Virus record (IMG/VR): IMGVR_UViG_3300042888_001115
Span: 75,067-100,044 of that record
DNA: 24,978 nucleotides
From: a virus
Taxonomy: Duplodnaviria > Heunggongvirae > Uroviricota > Caudoviricetes
Direction: 5' to 3' (one strand)
Notes under the pieces: model-generated
What the model was told of the DNA's origin: nothing
What the model saw: only the letters and a program-made list of their open reading frames with translations
Databases searched by the model: none
Part shown: positions 1 through 7,650 of the stretch, one piece after another
Position numbering within the stretch: the stretch's first letter is position 1
Layout: each line of letters starts with the position of its first letter
Translations under genes and position numbers: made by a program

Positions 1-29
1 AGATACTTAATATATTCGAAACTACCAAA

Positions 30-278
30 TTATTTGGTTGTTTTCTTTTTTGCACTAGTTGTAGGTACTTTAGCCGTTGCTTTTTTAACTTTAGCCTCAA
101 CTTCAGCTACTTTAACTTCAGCTACTTTTTTAACGTTTTTAACTTTGTTCAAATCGCTTCTTAAATTAGTTGCGGTATCTGGTGCTACTTTAGCTACGTC
201 TGATACAAATGAATCTACTTGTTTTTCTAATTCGGTTGCTTTTGCAAACAATCCTTTAATGAATGTAAATAATCCCAT
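30..278 (-). CDS. Small basic hypothetical protein with amphipathic N-terminus and Lys-rich tail
   Basis: 82-aa ORF; A-rich start context AAACAAAACAAAAATTATG; preceded by both promoter motifs; tail KKATAKVPTTSAKKKTTK. Confidence 0.7.
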   Translation of the reverse strand: MGLFTFIKGLFAKATELEKQVDSFVSDVAKVAPDTATNLRSDLNKVKNVKKVAEVKVAEVEAKVKKATAKVPTTSAKKKTTK

Positions 279-297
279 AATTTTTGTTTTGTTTAAT

Positions 298-306
298 TAT
301 AAATAT
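298..306 (-). promoter_or_regulatory. Candidate phage-specific promoter motif ATATTTATA (copy 1)
   Basis: Same 9-mer recurs upstream of starts at 3523, 5219, 9378, 12307 and 23152. Confidence 0.45.
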
Positions 307-310
307 ATCT

Positions 311-342
311 TAAAGATACGAAAGGTTTATTGATTTTCCAAA
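311..342 (-). promoter_or_regulatory. Bacteroidota sigma70-type promoter (-33 TTTG, N20, -7 TATCTTTA)
   Basis: Minus strand TTTG-GAAAATCAATAAACCTTTCG-TATCTTTA; matches the TTTG-N19-21-TAnnTTTG consensus with one mismatch. Confidence 0.65.
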
Positions 343-644
343 TATTTTAACCCAAAAAATGCGTAATTATCGATAACTGATTGACGCTCACCCATTTGTA
401 TAGCTATTTCCTCACTAGAAACAATGGCATCAACGGGACATTCCGGTAAACAAGCACTACAATCTATACATTCTATTGGATTTATGTATAATTGTTTACC
501 TTTCTTATCCTCATCACTCATTCCAATCGATTCTAATCCCATTCCTGTCGTATTTATCGGTCCATGTATACAATCCATAGGACAAACTTTTAAACACCCA
601 CCATCGATACAACTGATACAACTAGACGTAATTATAAAACTCAT
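327..644 (-). CDS. Dicluster ferredoxin (FdxA / 7Fe-type)
   Basis: CISCIDGGCLKVCP (CxxCxxxxCxxxCP) and CIDCSACLPECP (CxxCxxCxxxCP) motifs. Confidence 0.9.
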   Translation of the reverse strand: MSFIITSSCISCIDGGCLKVCPMDCIHGPINTTGMGLESIGMSDEDKKGKQLYINPIECIDCSACLPECPVDAIVSSEEIAIQMGERQSVIDNYAFFGLKYLENQ

Positions 645-1003
645 AATATATCACCTTTGTATATTCTATAACTATCTGAATCAAAATGTTCCGTACTTAC
701 TTCAAATACTTCACCATCTTCTAATGCTATCAATTGATGTGGTTGTCCTGGATATTGAGTAACTACATCTCCTACCTTTAAAGTAGTTTCTTCGGTAATC
801 CCTCGTTCAGTATCTATCCATTTGTAAATAAAACTACCTTTGTTTACATACCAAGTTTCTTGTTTCAACATATGATAATGCATAGAGAACTTACATCCTT
901 CTTTAAACACTAATACTTTTCCACAATATTTTTCATCATTGTAGATTATTAATTCATGTCCCCAACCTTTTGGTATTTTACAACACTCCGTTACCTTTGC
1001 CAT
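641..1003 (-). CDS. Cupin-domain protein (sugar-isomerase-like)
   Basis: KGWGHE start, SMHYH...KQETWYVNKG cupin motif 1, PGQPHQL motif 2. Confidence 0.8.
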   Translation of the reverse strand: MAKVTECCKIPKGWGHELIIYNDEKYCGKVLVFKEGCKFSMHYHMLKQETWYVNKGSFIYKWIDTERGITEETTLKVGDVVTQYPGQPHQLIALEDGEVFEVSTEHFDSDSYRIYKGDIL

Positions 1004-1394
1004 TATATAATTGATTTATAACATTAGTAGAACTGAATCCTTCCATTTTAGGAAAATATACAATTTCACCAACATATTCACTTCCTATAATTTTTTTACC
1101 TTTGTATTCCTCACCTATAACCATTATTGCAGGTCTCATGGTTTTGATAAGTGTTTCTAATTGCTCATCTGAATCAAATGCTACAACTCTATCTACATAT
1201 CTAATAGCCTCTAATAGTGTAATTCTACTTACTAAATTATTTATAGGTCTTTGTTCACCTTTTAATTCTTTAACTCGTTTATCACCATCAAGTCCTACGA
1301 TTAGGAAATCGCCTAAGTCGGCTGCTTTCTTTAAGAGCTGAACATGTCCTAAATGGACTATATCAAATGTTCCGTTTACCCAAACTTTTATCAT
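978..1394 (-). CDS. hldC: Cytidylyltransferase-family nucleotidyltransferase, RfaE domain II / HldC-like (heptose-1-phosphate adenylyltransferase)
   Basis: NGTFDIVHLGH (HIGH motif), LIVGLDGD, KGEQRPIN, VDRVVAF, C-terminal GFSSTNVI. Confidence 0.8.
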   Translation of the reverse strand: MIKVWVNGTFDIVHLGHVQLLKKAADLGDFLIVGLDGDKRVKELKGEQRPINNLVSRITLLEAIRYVDRVVAFDSDEQLETLIKTMRPAIMVIGEEYKGKKIIGSEYVGEIVYFPKMEGFSSTNVINQLYNGKGNGVL

Positions 1395-1759
1395 ATTGTA
1401 ATATTCCCAAAGCCTTCATCTCTTTTTACTGAGATTCCAATTGCTCTACTTACATCCGGTGTTAGTTTTTCACTATTATTAATTAAGTATCGTTCTTGTC
1501 TACCAATACCCATTAATAATTGATGATAACGAATACCAGCGGTTATCATTTGCATTTTAGTTATCAATTCTAAATCCCAAGGACGAGCCGTAGTTAATAC
1601 AATGTGATGGCCGGCTTCATACCATTCATTCATTTTTTCACTAACACCCGGTAGTACAGTCACTACATTTGGGTCTAAATCTTCAAATCTAACTTGCTCT
1701 ATTAAAGTACCATCTATATCAGAAAAGATGGTTTTATAATTATTATCAGTCTTCACCAT
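1391..1759 (-). CDS. HAD-superfamily phosphatase (capless, capsule-biosynthesis-phosphatase-like)
   Basis: TIFSDIDGTL motif I (DxD), VLTTAR motif II. Confidence 0.75.
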   Translation of the reverse strand: MVKTDNNYKTIFSDIDGTLIEQVRFEDLDPNVVTVLPGVSEKMNEWYEAGHHIVLTTARPWDLELITKMQMITAGIRYHQLLMGIGRQERYLINNSEKLTPDVSRAIGISVKRDEGFGNITI

Positions 1760-1985
1760 ATAATGAGAATGTTTTTATTGGTTCATCGTATTCTTTAACT
1801 TCAAACACACTAACTGTCCCATCTCTTGCATCTATAAAATATTGTGTATCACCATTAACTTGATAATACGCTTCTAATGCATCGGTAAGTGATGGATAAA
1901 TTGTTGTTTTTCTATCTGCAAATACCCATCTATCTCCAGGTGCAATTCTTTTAAGAACTACTATCGGGTTTGTTTCAGTTGCCAT
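1746..1985 (-). CDS. Hypothetical protein
   Basis: 79-aa ORF packed between neighbours in the same orientation. Confidence 0.7.
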   Translation of the reverse strand: MATETNPIVVLKRIAPGDRWVFADRKTTIYPSLTDALEAYYQVNGDTQYFIDARDGTVSVFEVKEYDEPIKTFSLYGED

Positions 1986-1987
1986 AA

Positions 1988-2215
1988 TTATTCAGCGTTT
2001 ACTACTTCAATAATTTTACTTTCTTTAGCACCGGTTACTTCATAATCAACGTTAATCGCTGAATCTACGAATAATTTAACTACTCTAGCTTCTGCTTCGG
2101 TTACACTCATTGCATCTACTAAATAGTTTTCTTTTGTTTTCTTAATTTTAGATACACCTTTACCATTATCTACTTCGTGGTGCATCGTTACTTGTACTTC
2201 ATAATACTTTGCCAT
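1988..2215 (-). CDS. DUF4494-like protein (Bacteroidota / crAss-type family)
   Basis: KENYLVDAMSVTEAEARV matches the family YLVDAxSxTEAEARI signature from memory. Confidence 0.7.
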   Translation of the reverse strand: MAKYYEVQVTMHHEVDNGKGVSKIKKTKENYLVDAMSVTEAEARVVKLFVDSAINVDYEVTGAKESKIIEVVNAE

Positions 2216-2243
2216 AACTTTTATTTTTAGTTTGTTTATAAAT

Positions 2244-2275
2244 TAAAGATACATTAAATTTCTGAATCTTCCAAA
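2244..2275 (-). promoter_or_regulatory. Bacteroidota sigma70-type promoter (TTTG-N20-TATCTTTA)
   Basis: + strand taaagata at 2244-2251 and caaa at 2272-2275, 20-nt spacer, upstream of the 2215 start. Confidence 0.65.
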
Positions 2276-2880
2276 TCTTCTTCTATATTTTCTTCTTCAT
2301 CCTCATCACCCACTATACCCTGCTCCACATATTGACCATCTTTTGGTATTTTTCTTTTACCTATTAGTAGAAAGAAACAATTATAACATAGAAATCTTAG
2401 ATTTTCTAATTTATGGTTCTGCCAATTACCATCAAAGAAATCTAATAATAGGGGTGCTTTACCATCCGTTACTCTTACTTCCTCAAACCCACAACAGCTA
2501 CATTGTTCAGGAAACACATCATTTTTAATCAATCTCCTCTTTAGCTTATAGATAGGATAGTTCGGATGCATACCTTGTAGAATCTCACTTAAAGGGTATT
2601 TACCAACCGTCAGCTTTAATCTACGTTCAATAGGAACATTCGTAGGGTTATAATCAATTTCAAATATACCATACATCTTTGCATATTTTTTATATGTGTT
2701 GTATGATACACCCAATGTCCTTGCCGTATCTTTTGCCGAACGAGACCTACCTTGTGCTTCCGTAATTTCGGCTGCTAATAATTGTCTACTACCTAATCCT
2801 CTTTTTAATGTTCCCCTAGATGAGTTATCTACTTTTTTATATGTTTCATCTAAATTGGGAAAGAAACCTTCATTTTCCAT
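2254..2880 (-). CDS. HTH plus HNH-fold Zn-binding protein, catalytic His residues apparently replaced
   Basis: HTH SAKDTARTLGVSYNTYKKYAK; CSCC ... LDFFDGNWQNHKLENLRFLCYNCF versus canonical LDHIDG..NN.LENLR.LCPNCH; acidic tail. Confidence 0.75.
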   Translation of the reverse strand: MENEGFFPNLDETYKKVDNSSRGTLKRGLGSRQLLAAEITEAQGRSRSAKDTARTLGVSYNTYKKYAKMYGIFEIDYNPTNVPIERRLKLTVGKYPLSEILQGMHPNYPIYKLKRRLIKNDVFPEQCSCCGFEEVRVTDGKAPLLLDFFDGNWQNHKLENLRFLCYNCFFLLIGKRKIPKDGQYVEQGIVGDEDEEENIEEDLEDSEI

Positions 2881-2884
2881 AAAC

Positions 2885-3523
2885 TTATTTAAACTTCAAC
2901 CCAGTCAATTTTTCTATATCAACTAATTCAACTTTGTTATTATATATTCCATCGGGTTTAGATTGGTCATTCTCAAATAAGAAAGCCATCCATTCATTTG
3001 ATTTTTTATAGTAAACCACTTTCCAACATTGTTTTGGAACTGATACTTTACCTATCTTTTTTATCTCTCCCACATTACCTGCCCATATATGAACCGAATC
3101 ATCTTTCACTGCCCACTCTCTAGTCATTACTTCTAATGATTTCCAATCTCCTGCATTTAGTCTATGTGTTTGTGCCGACATATTACTCATATAGAACGAT
3201 TCAATTTGAACACCTGCCGTTTGACATTGATTGGATGCTGCAGGACTCATATGTCCTCTATCATATCCACTACCTACATAGTCTGCTTTAATATCGGTTT
3301 CAAGTATTGCTTGTGGGTCTGGCTGAAATGCATCTCTTCTAGGTAATGGATTTGGACAACCAACTTTTGCTTTAGTTTCCCACCACTCTACCATTACTGG
3401 ATATTTTTTTGACTTACTAAAATGTGATGTATAGTTTGTATGTTTCAAAATAACTACATCTTGTGCTCTACCACCTATTGCAAAAAATACACAAATCGTA
3501 ACAAGTAATACTAATTTTTTCAT
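2885..3523 (-). CDS. Secreted DNA/RNA non-specific endonuclease (NucA/EndA family)
   Basis: Signal peptide MKKLVLLVTICVFFAIGGRA; YDRGHMSPA active-site motif; FYMSNMSAQ...LNAGDWKSLE. Confidence 0.92.
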   Translation of the reverse strand: MKKLVLLVTICVFFAIGGRAQDVVILKHTNYTSHFSKSKKYPVMVEWWETKAKVGCPNPLPRRDAFQPDPQAILETDIKADYVGSGYDRGHMSPAASNQCQTAGVQIESFYMSNMSAQTHRLNAGDWKSLEVMTREWAVKDDSVHIWAGNVGEIKKIGKVSVPKQCWKVVYYKKSNEWMAFLFENDQSKPDGIYNNKVELVDIEKLTGLKFK

Positions 3524-3526
3524 ACA

Positions 3527-3535
3527 TATAAATAT
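3527..3535 (-). promoter_or_regulatory. Candidate phage-specific promoter motif ATATTTATA (copy 2)
   Basis: 3 nt upstream of the nuclease ATG, directly downstream of a terminator. Confidence 0.45.
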
Positions 3536-3545
3536 ATACGAATAT

Positions 3546-3573
3546 AAAAAACCCCCACTTTTAAGGTGAGGGT
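3546..3573 (-). terminator. Rho-independent terminator after the Hc1-like gene
   Basis: RNA ACCCUCAC-CUUAAAA-GUGGGGGU (8-bp stem, one G-U pair) running into a U-tract. Confidence 0.85.
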
Positions 3574-3579
3574 GTTTTA

Positions 3580-3762
3580 TTAGTTTGAACTTTTAGTTTC
3601 TTCTACCGAAGCTTGTCTATAATCAGTTACTAATTTCTTTAAGTCACCGATTGCAGTTCTTGCATTCTTTTGAGATACTTTTGTTGTCTTGTTGTGTTCT
3701 TCTTCAAATTTTAGAAACAATGATTTGATTGCTTCAAAAATTTCTTCTTTTTTACTTGCCAT
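3580..3762 (-). CDS. Histone H1-like Hc1-family small nucleoid protein
   Basis: KTTKVSQKNARTAIGDLKKLVTDYRQASV resembles the Hc1 core GNKAAAQRVRTESIKLEK...YRKES. Confidence 0.7.
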   Translation of the reverse strand: MASKKEEIFEAIKSLFLKFEEEHNKTTKVSQKNARTAIGDLKKLVTDYRQASVEETKSSN

Positions 3763-3780
3763 AATTTTTGGTTTTGTTTA

Positions 3781-4086
3781 TTAATTGTTTTTAATATCCC
3801 AATACACCTGTCTAACCTTAGCTCCTAATTCAGCATCGTTGGGTGTATCTAAAATTGTTCTACTATTTATTGTAATAAGATTTCTATCTTCACCTAAATA
3901 ACATTCTCTACATAATTGTCCTGCTCCATCTACATAACCATATCTAAAATCTACATGTGTTGATTTTAATATTGTAGTTTCTTTACTACACATTATACAA
4001 TCTTCGTATAATTTATGAACTGAATCATAACTGCCACCCATATCTGTTCCTACTGAATTTTGCGTTTCCATATTATTCTGTTTCAT
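3781..4086 (-). CDS. Hypothetical Zn-finger protein
   Basis: CIMC ... GAGQLCRECY; two CxxC pairs. Confidence 0.7.
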   Translation of the reverse strand: MKQNNMETQNSVGTDMGGSYDSVHKLYEDCIMCSKETTILKSTHVDFRYGYVDGAGQLCRECYLGEDRNLITINSRTILDTPNDAELGAKVRQVYWDIKNN

Positions 4087-4390
4087 TTGTTAAAAAATCA
4101 TTGAATTGTTTTGCTGCTTTTGGATTTACTTCCTCTAAATTTTGTAAACTTATTTCATATCTACCTAATGTATTATTGGAAATAAATGCCTCATCATGTA
4201 ATGAATCAATTAAATTTGTTAATGAATCGATATATTTTGCTTTTTCAATATCACCACCTTCTAAAAAACCAGGTGATATTGTATTTAATTCATTCTTTAA
4301 TTTTTCATTTTGTTCTCTATATCCATAGACGGTATATAGTAATGCTAATAATGTTCCTGCTGTCAATAATGGTCCAAAGAATTTTTTCAT
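4073..4390 (-). CDS. Membrane-anchored coiled-coil hypothetical protein
   Basis: N-terminal hydrophobic segment followed by a heptad-like helix. Confidence 0.7.
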   Translation of the reverse strand: MKKFFGPLLTAGTLLALLYTVYGYREQNEKLKNELNTISPGFLEGGDIEKAKYIDSLTNLIDSLHDEAFISNNTLGRYEISLQNLEEVNPKAAKQFNDFLTNETE

Positions 4391-4391
4391 A

Positions 4392-4535
4392 TTATTTCTG
4401 TTTACGTTTAAATAAATCTTTTAATTTTTTTGCGGGCATAATTATATTTTCATTTTGGTCTACTAATGGTGCTCTCCAAATTTCAAATGCCATCCATAAT
4501 GCAGTTCCTATTATACCTATTGCGAAATATTCCAT
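4392..4535 (-). CDS. Small single-TM membrane peptide, 47 aa (not in the ORF track)
   Basis: Hand translation MEYFAIGIIGTALWMAFEIWRAPLVDQNENIIMPAKKLKDLFKRKQK; fills the gap between neighbours with 1-2 nt spacing. Confidence 0.7.
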   Translation of the reverse strand: MEYFAIGIIGTALWMAFEIWRAPLVDQNENIIMPAKKLKDLFKRKQK

Positions 4536-4537
4536 AA

Positions 4538-4837
4538 TTATATTTTAAATTTCCAAAATTGATACCATTTCTTTTTTGGGGGCGGCGTGCATAAACTAAA
4601 TGGATTATCCCCAAATGATACTGAATCTAAATACTTTGTCGATATCATATTTAAAAATACCTCATGGTACTTTTCAGGTATAGTATCAAAGTCTGCTTCA
4701 ATCTTTATATCTAAACTAATAGCCCCATCATTTGGTGTAATTAACTTTAAGCTATTCTGTACACTTACTATACTAGCGGTCTTAATATTAATATTACTAC
4801 CCCCACCTAAATAAATGTCCGTTTCTTTTTTACTCAT
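4538..4837 (-). CDS. Hypothetical protein
   Basis: 99-aa ORF with own promoter; ends PPPKKKWYQFWKFKI. Confidence 0.7.
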   Translation of the reverse strand: MSKKETDIYLGGGSNINIKTASIVSVQNSLKLITPNDGAISLDIKIEADFDTIPEKYHEVFLNMISTKYLDSVSFGDNPFSLCTPPPKKKWYQFWKFKI

Positions 4838-4853
4838 AATTCTTAATTATACT

Positions 4854-4885
4854 TAAATATACTACTAAGTTTTGTTATTTCCAAA
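4854..4885 (-). promoter_or_regulatory. Bacteroidota sigma70-type promoter (TTTG-N20-TATATTTA)
   Basis: + strand taaatata at 4854-4861 and caaa at 4882-4885. Confidence 0.65.
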
Positions 4886-5219
4886 AAATACTTACTAAAA
4901 TTATAGATACGGCTAACATACATTGTACCAATACTTTAAGTGTAAATGGTTGATGAAAGTGATATGGATATAATATCATCCCCACAAATACCCCAGTAAC
5001 AAAGAATAAAAATCTATTACTCCACATACTACCGGCAAATCCAGCTACACCATATTCGGATGCTTTAATCCAAAGAAAAGTACATACAACTGCTAATAGA
5101 TAAGGTATTGGTGATTTAATCCAATTTGGTGTTTTAAATTGCCAATACATAATATACCAATGTCCAAACCCACCTGCCATAAATAACAGGAATGATTGTA
5201 AAATTTTAATTAAATTCAT
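4875..5219 (-). CDS. Small four-helix membrane protein (DMT/SMR-like size)
   Basis: 114 aa with about four hydrophobic segments. Confidence 0.7.
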   Translation of the reverse strand: MNLIKILQSFLLFMAGGFGHWYIMYWQFKTPNWIKSPIPYLLAVVCTFLWIKASEYGVAGFAGSMWSNRFLFFVTGVFVGMILYPYHFHQPFTLKVLVQCMLAVSIILVSIFWK

Positions 5220-6023
5220 TTATTTTCTTTTTATAAATATTGAAATACAATTACCCAATTCCGCATACAAATTAGTTATTTTACTTACTATAAAATCAGA
5301 ATATTTAAACCCTAATATTTTATTATAATATTCAGTATCATTTCCTATTATTGGTTCTAATATTTTCCATTTTTTTTTAAAATCTGTTTTTAATAATTCT
5401 GCTATTTGATTTTTCGTATAATATTTTTCAAATAAATAATTATTTTTATTAAATATTACATCATGCATTCCCAACTCATTCTTAATCAAATCAGATAAAC
5501 ACTCTAATTTAATAAATGTTACTTTATTAAAAAATTCATAATTTGTTATAAGATTGGTATAAAGCGATTCAAATTTTGGATAATAATGAGAAAACATTCC
5601 ATTTGTATTTTGTGTATTATTTTTAAAATGAATAGGTTTGGCTAAATCGTCTATCATTTTTTTTAGTATATCATATTTTAATATATCTTCTTTTTCTTTA
5701 ACTCTTATATAAAAATTATTAATTTGTGTTTTCACTTGATTATCAGGATGTGTATCGGTAAGACCATTATGTTCAGTTAATACGGCAGATAAGAAATGCT
5801 GCATAGGTTCTCTGATTATCCAGTATATTTTATCTACCTTATTTATGATATCTGAATCTCTATAATCGTATGATATAAATTTAGAAGAATCTGATAAAAA
5901 TCTACTACCACATTTATTAGATGTTATTATTAACGTATTTTCAAATATAAAAAATTTAGTACCCGCTGAATCAAATATTTCCATTATATCAACTAGCTTA
6001 TTGTCTAAACTATTAGATGCCAT
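5220..6023 (-). CDS. Sulfotransferase-like protein (Sulfotransfer_2 type)
   Basis: NKCGSRFL resembles the 5'-PSB loop; IIREPMQHFLSA resembles the 3'-PB RxPxxRxxS motif (second Arg replaced by His). Confidence 0.5.
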   Translation of the reverse strand: MASNSLDNKLVDIMEIFDSAGTKFFIFENTLIITSNKCGSRFLSDSSKFISYDYRDSDIINKVDKIYWIIREPMQHFLSAVLTEHNGLTDTHPDNQVKTQINNFYIRVKEKEDILKYDILKKMIDDLAKPIHFKNNTQNTNGMFSHYYPKFESLYTNLITNYEFFNKVTFIKLECLSDLIKNELGMHDVIFNKNNYLFEKYYTKNQIAELLKTDFKKKWKILEPIIGNDTEYYNKILGFKYSDFIVSKITNLYAELGNCISIFIKRK

Positions 6024-6861
6024 ACTTGTTGTTTATATTTTCAATAATTTGTTTAGCAATAAGTCTAGAACCTCTAATTGAATTATGCTCATCCACCTCT
6101 ACTGAATTTGTATCTTTTGTGATTGTTGCTTTTTCATAATCTCTGTAATATTCTAACAACGATTTTATATCTGCTTTATCACTATGTGTAAATGTTATAG
6201 TATTTGGTAGTATTAATTTGTCAATTACATCTTTAATCTTATTTTCACCTACATATTTTAATGTAGTTTCATTTAATTGTTCTATCGGAAATTCATCTAA
6301 TAAAATTAAATATTCACCACCATTTTGTTTAATATAGGATATAACGCCAATCAATGAATGTAAATCTTCTAAAAAAGCTATATCAGATGCAAAGAAGTTT
6401 GGTGCAAATTCATTAATTAATACTCTATGAATATACGGGTCCATACTATCGTAGTTATCAAAATTTGCCGTATAATTTACATATCGTTTTTGTAATTCAA
6501 TATACATTTCACGTCTAACTCCAATCGGCCACTCTAATATGAATAAAGTATCTTTAACTAATTCATTATTATTTAGCATCCAATTCATTGTTTTACGAAC
6601 TGCTCTTTGTAATGAACCACCATATATCGATTCATCTATTACATTGATACCATAATGTTCTTTTAATCTACCACCAATGTTAAATTTTTGCCTAACCCAA
6701 TCGTAATTATTAAATGGTGTTTTTCCGTTATAATGTACAGGATGTGATGTATCTATATCGTTTGTTTCTTCAAAAAATTGGAATGTATTTGGATTAGAAT
6801 GTCCCATGCCCCACATAAACGAACAACCATTGAGATATATTTGTTTAAATTTAAATGACAT
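6013..6861 (-). CDS. SGNH/GDSL hydrolase-fold protein
   Basis: IYLNGCSFMWG block I; GGS; C-terminal DEHNS with His. Confidence 0.7.
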   Translation of the reverse strand: MSFKFKQIYLNGCSFMWGMGHSNPNTFQFFEETNDIDTSHPVHYNGKTPFNNYDWVRQKFNIGGRLKEHYGINVIDESIYGGSLQRAVRKTMNWMLNNNELVKDTLFILEWPIGVRREMYIELQKRYVNYTANFDNYDSMDPYIHRVLINEFAPNFFASDIAFLEDLHSLIGVISYIKQNGGEYLILLDEFPIEQLNETTLKYVGENKIKDVIDKLILPNTITFTHSDKADIKSLLEYYRDYEKATITKDTNSVEVDEHNSIRGSRLIAKQIIENINNKYGI

Positions 6862-7612
6862 CGTTTTGTTTTAAGAAATTATACAACTTTTTAGCATATT
6901 TTTTATTATGCTCTGCTCCAGCGTGTTTTATATCTGCCGATTTATCTATGAAATTGTCATAATCACCATCAAATCTATTTTCTTCCTTAATTGTAGTATC
7001 ATTTAAGAAACTACCATTCCATACCATAGGAACATTATTTAATTTACAAAAATATGTAATCAATAGATGATTTTTATACCAATTAATTAAATCATTTTCA
7101 TCTTGTGTAATTTCTAAAAAACCAGCATGCTCTTTTTTGCCCAAATCATCCTCTAAAAAATATCCCCAAGGATTAACGTGAAATGGTTCTAAGTCACCAG
7201 TACCTGTATAATATTCTTTTCGAGATGGATATGTATACATTATATTAACTAATTGTGGTCTTGCTGTTTTAAAGTAAGTTTGTAAACATCTGAAAATATA
7301 GTCATTACTTCTACCACCAAATCCAAAATTCAAATCTACTGCACCCGGTATAAGTTTACATAATTGATGTGACCATGTTTCCTCATCGTTAACACCAACA
7401 CCTTCGGTATGTGAATCACCAATACTCATAATTCTAAATCCATCTTTGTAAATAGAATCACCTCTATATCCTAATTCATTATAGGTATACCAGCAGTTGC
7501 CACTTTGGTCTGAACCACTTCCATTAAATTTTTGATTAACTCGTTCGTGTAGTCGCCATTTACAGGTAGCAACATCAAAACCATCTTTTGTCCAAAACTT
7601 TATTCCTTTCAT
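6851..7612 (-). CDS. SGNH/GDSL hydrolase-fold protein
   Basis: GYRGD; IGDSHTEGVGV block I; LNFGFGGRSN block II; DIKH (DxxH). Confidence 0.85.
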   Translation of the reverse strand: MKGIKFWTKDGFDVATCKWRLHERVNQKFNGSGSDQSGNCWYTYNELGYRGDSIYKDGFRIMSIGDSHTEGVGVNDEETWSHQLCKLIPGAVDLNFGFGGRSNDYIFRCLQTYFKTARPQLVNIMYTYPSRKEYYTGTGDLEPFHVNPWGYFLEDDLGKKEHAGFLEITQDENDLINWYKNHLLITYFCKLNNVPMVWNGSFLNDTTIKEENRFDGDYDNFIDKSADIKHAGAEHNKKYAKKLYNFLKQNDVI

Positions 7613-7618
7613 ATATAA

Positions 7619-7650
7619 CTAATTTAATAAATAAAAACTATATTACCAAA
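7619..7650 (-). promoter_or_regulatory. Bacteroidota sigma70-type promoter (TTTG-N20-TAAATTAG), near-leaderless transcript
   Basis: + strand ctaattta at 7619-7626 and caaa at 7647-7650; ATG 6 nt downstream. Confidence 0.55.

Noticed and set aside
2254-2880. Active homing endonuclease / mobile element
   Set aside because: The catalytic His positions are substituted and the gene does not interrupt another gene
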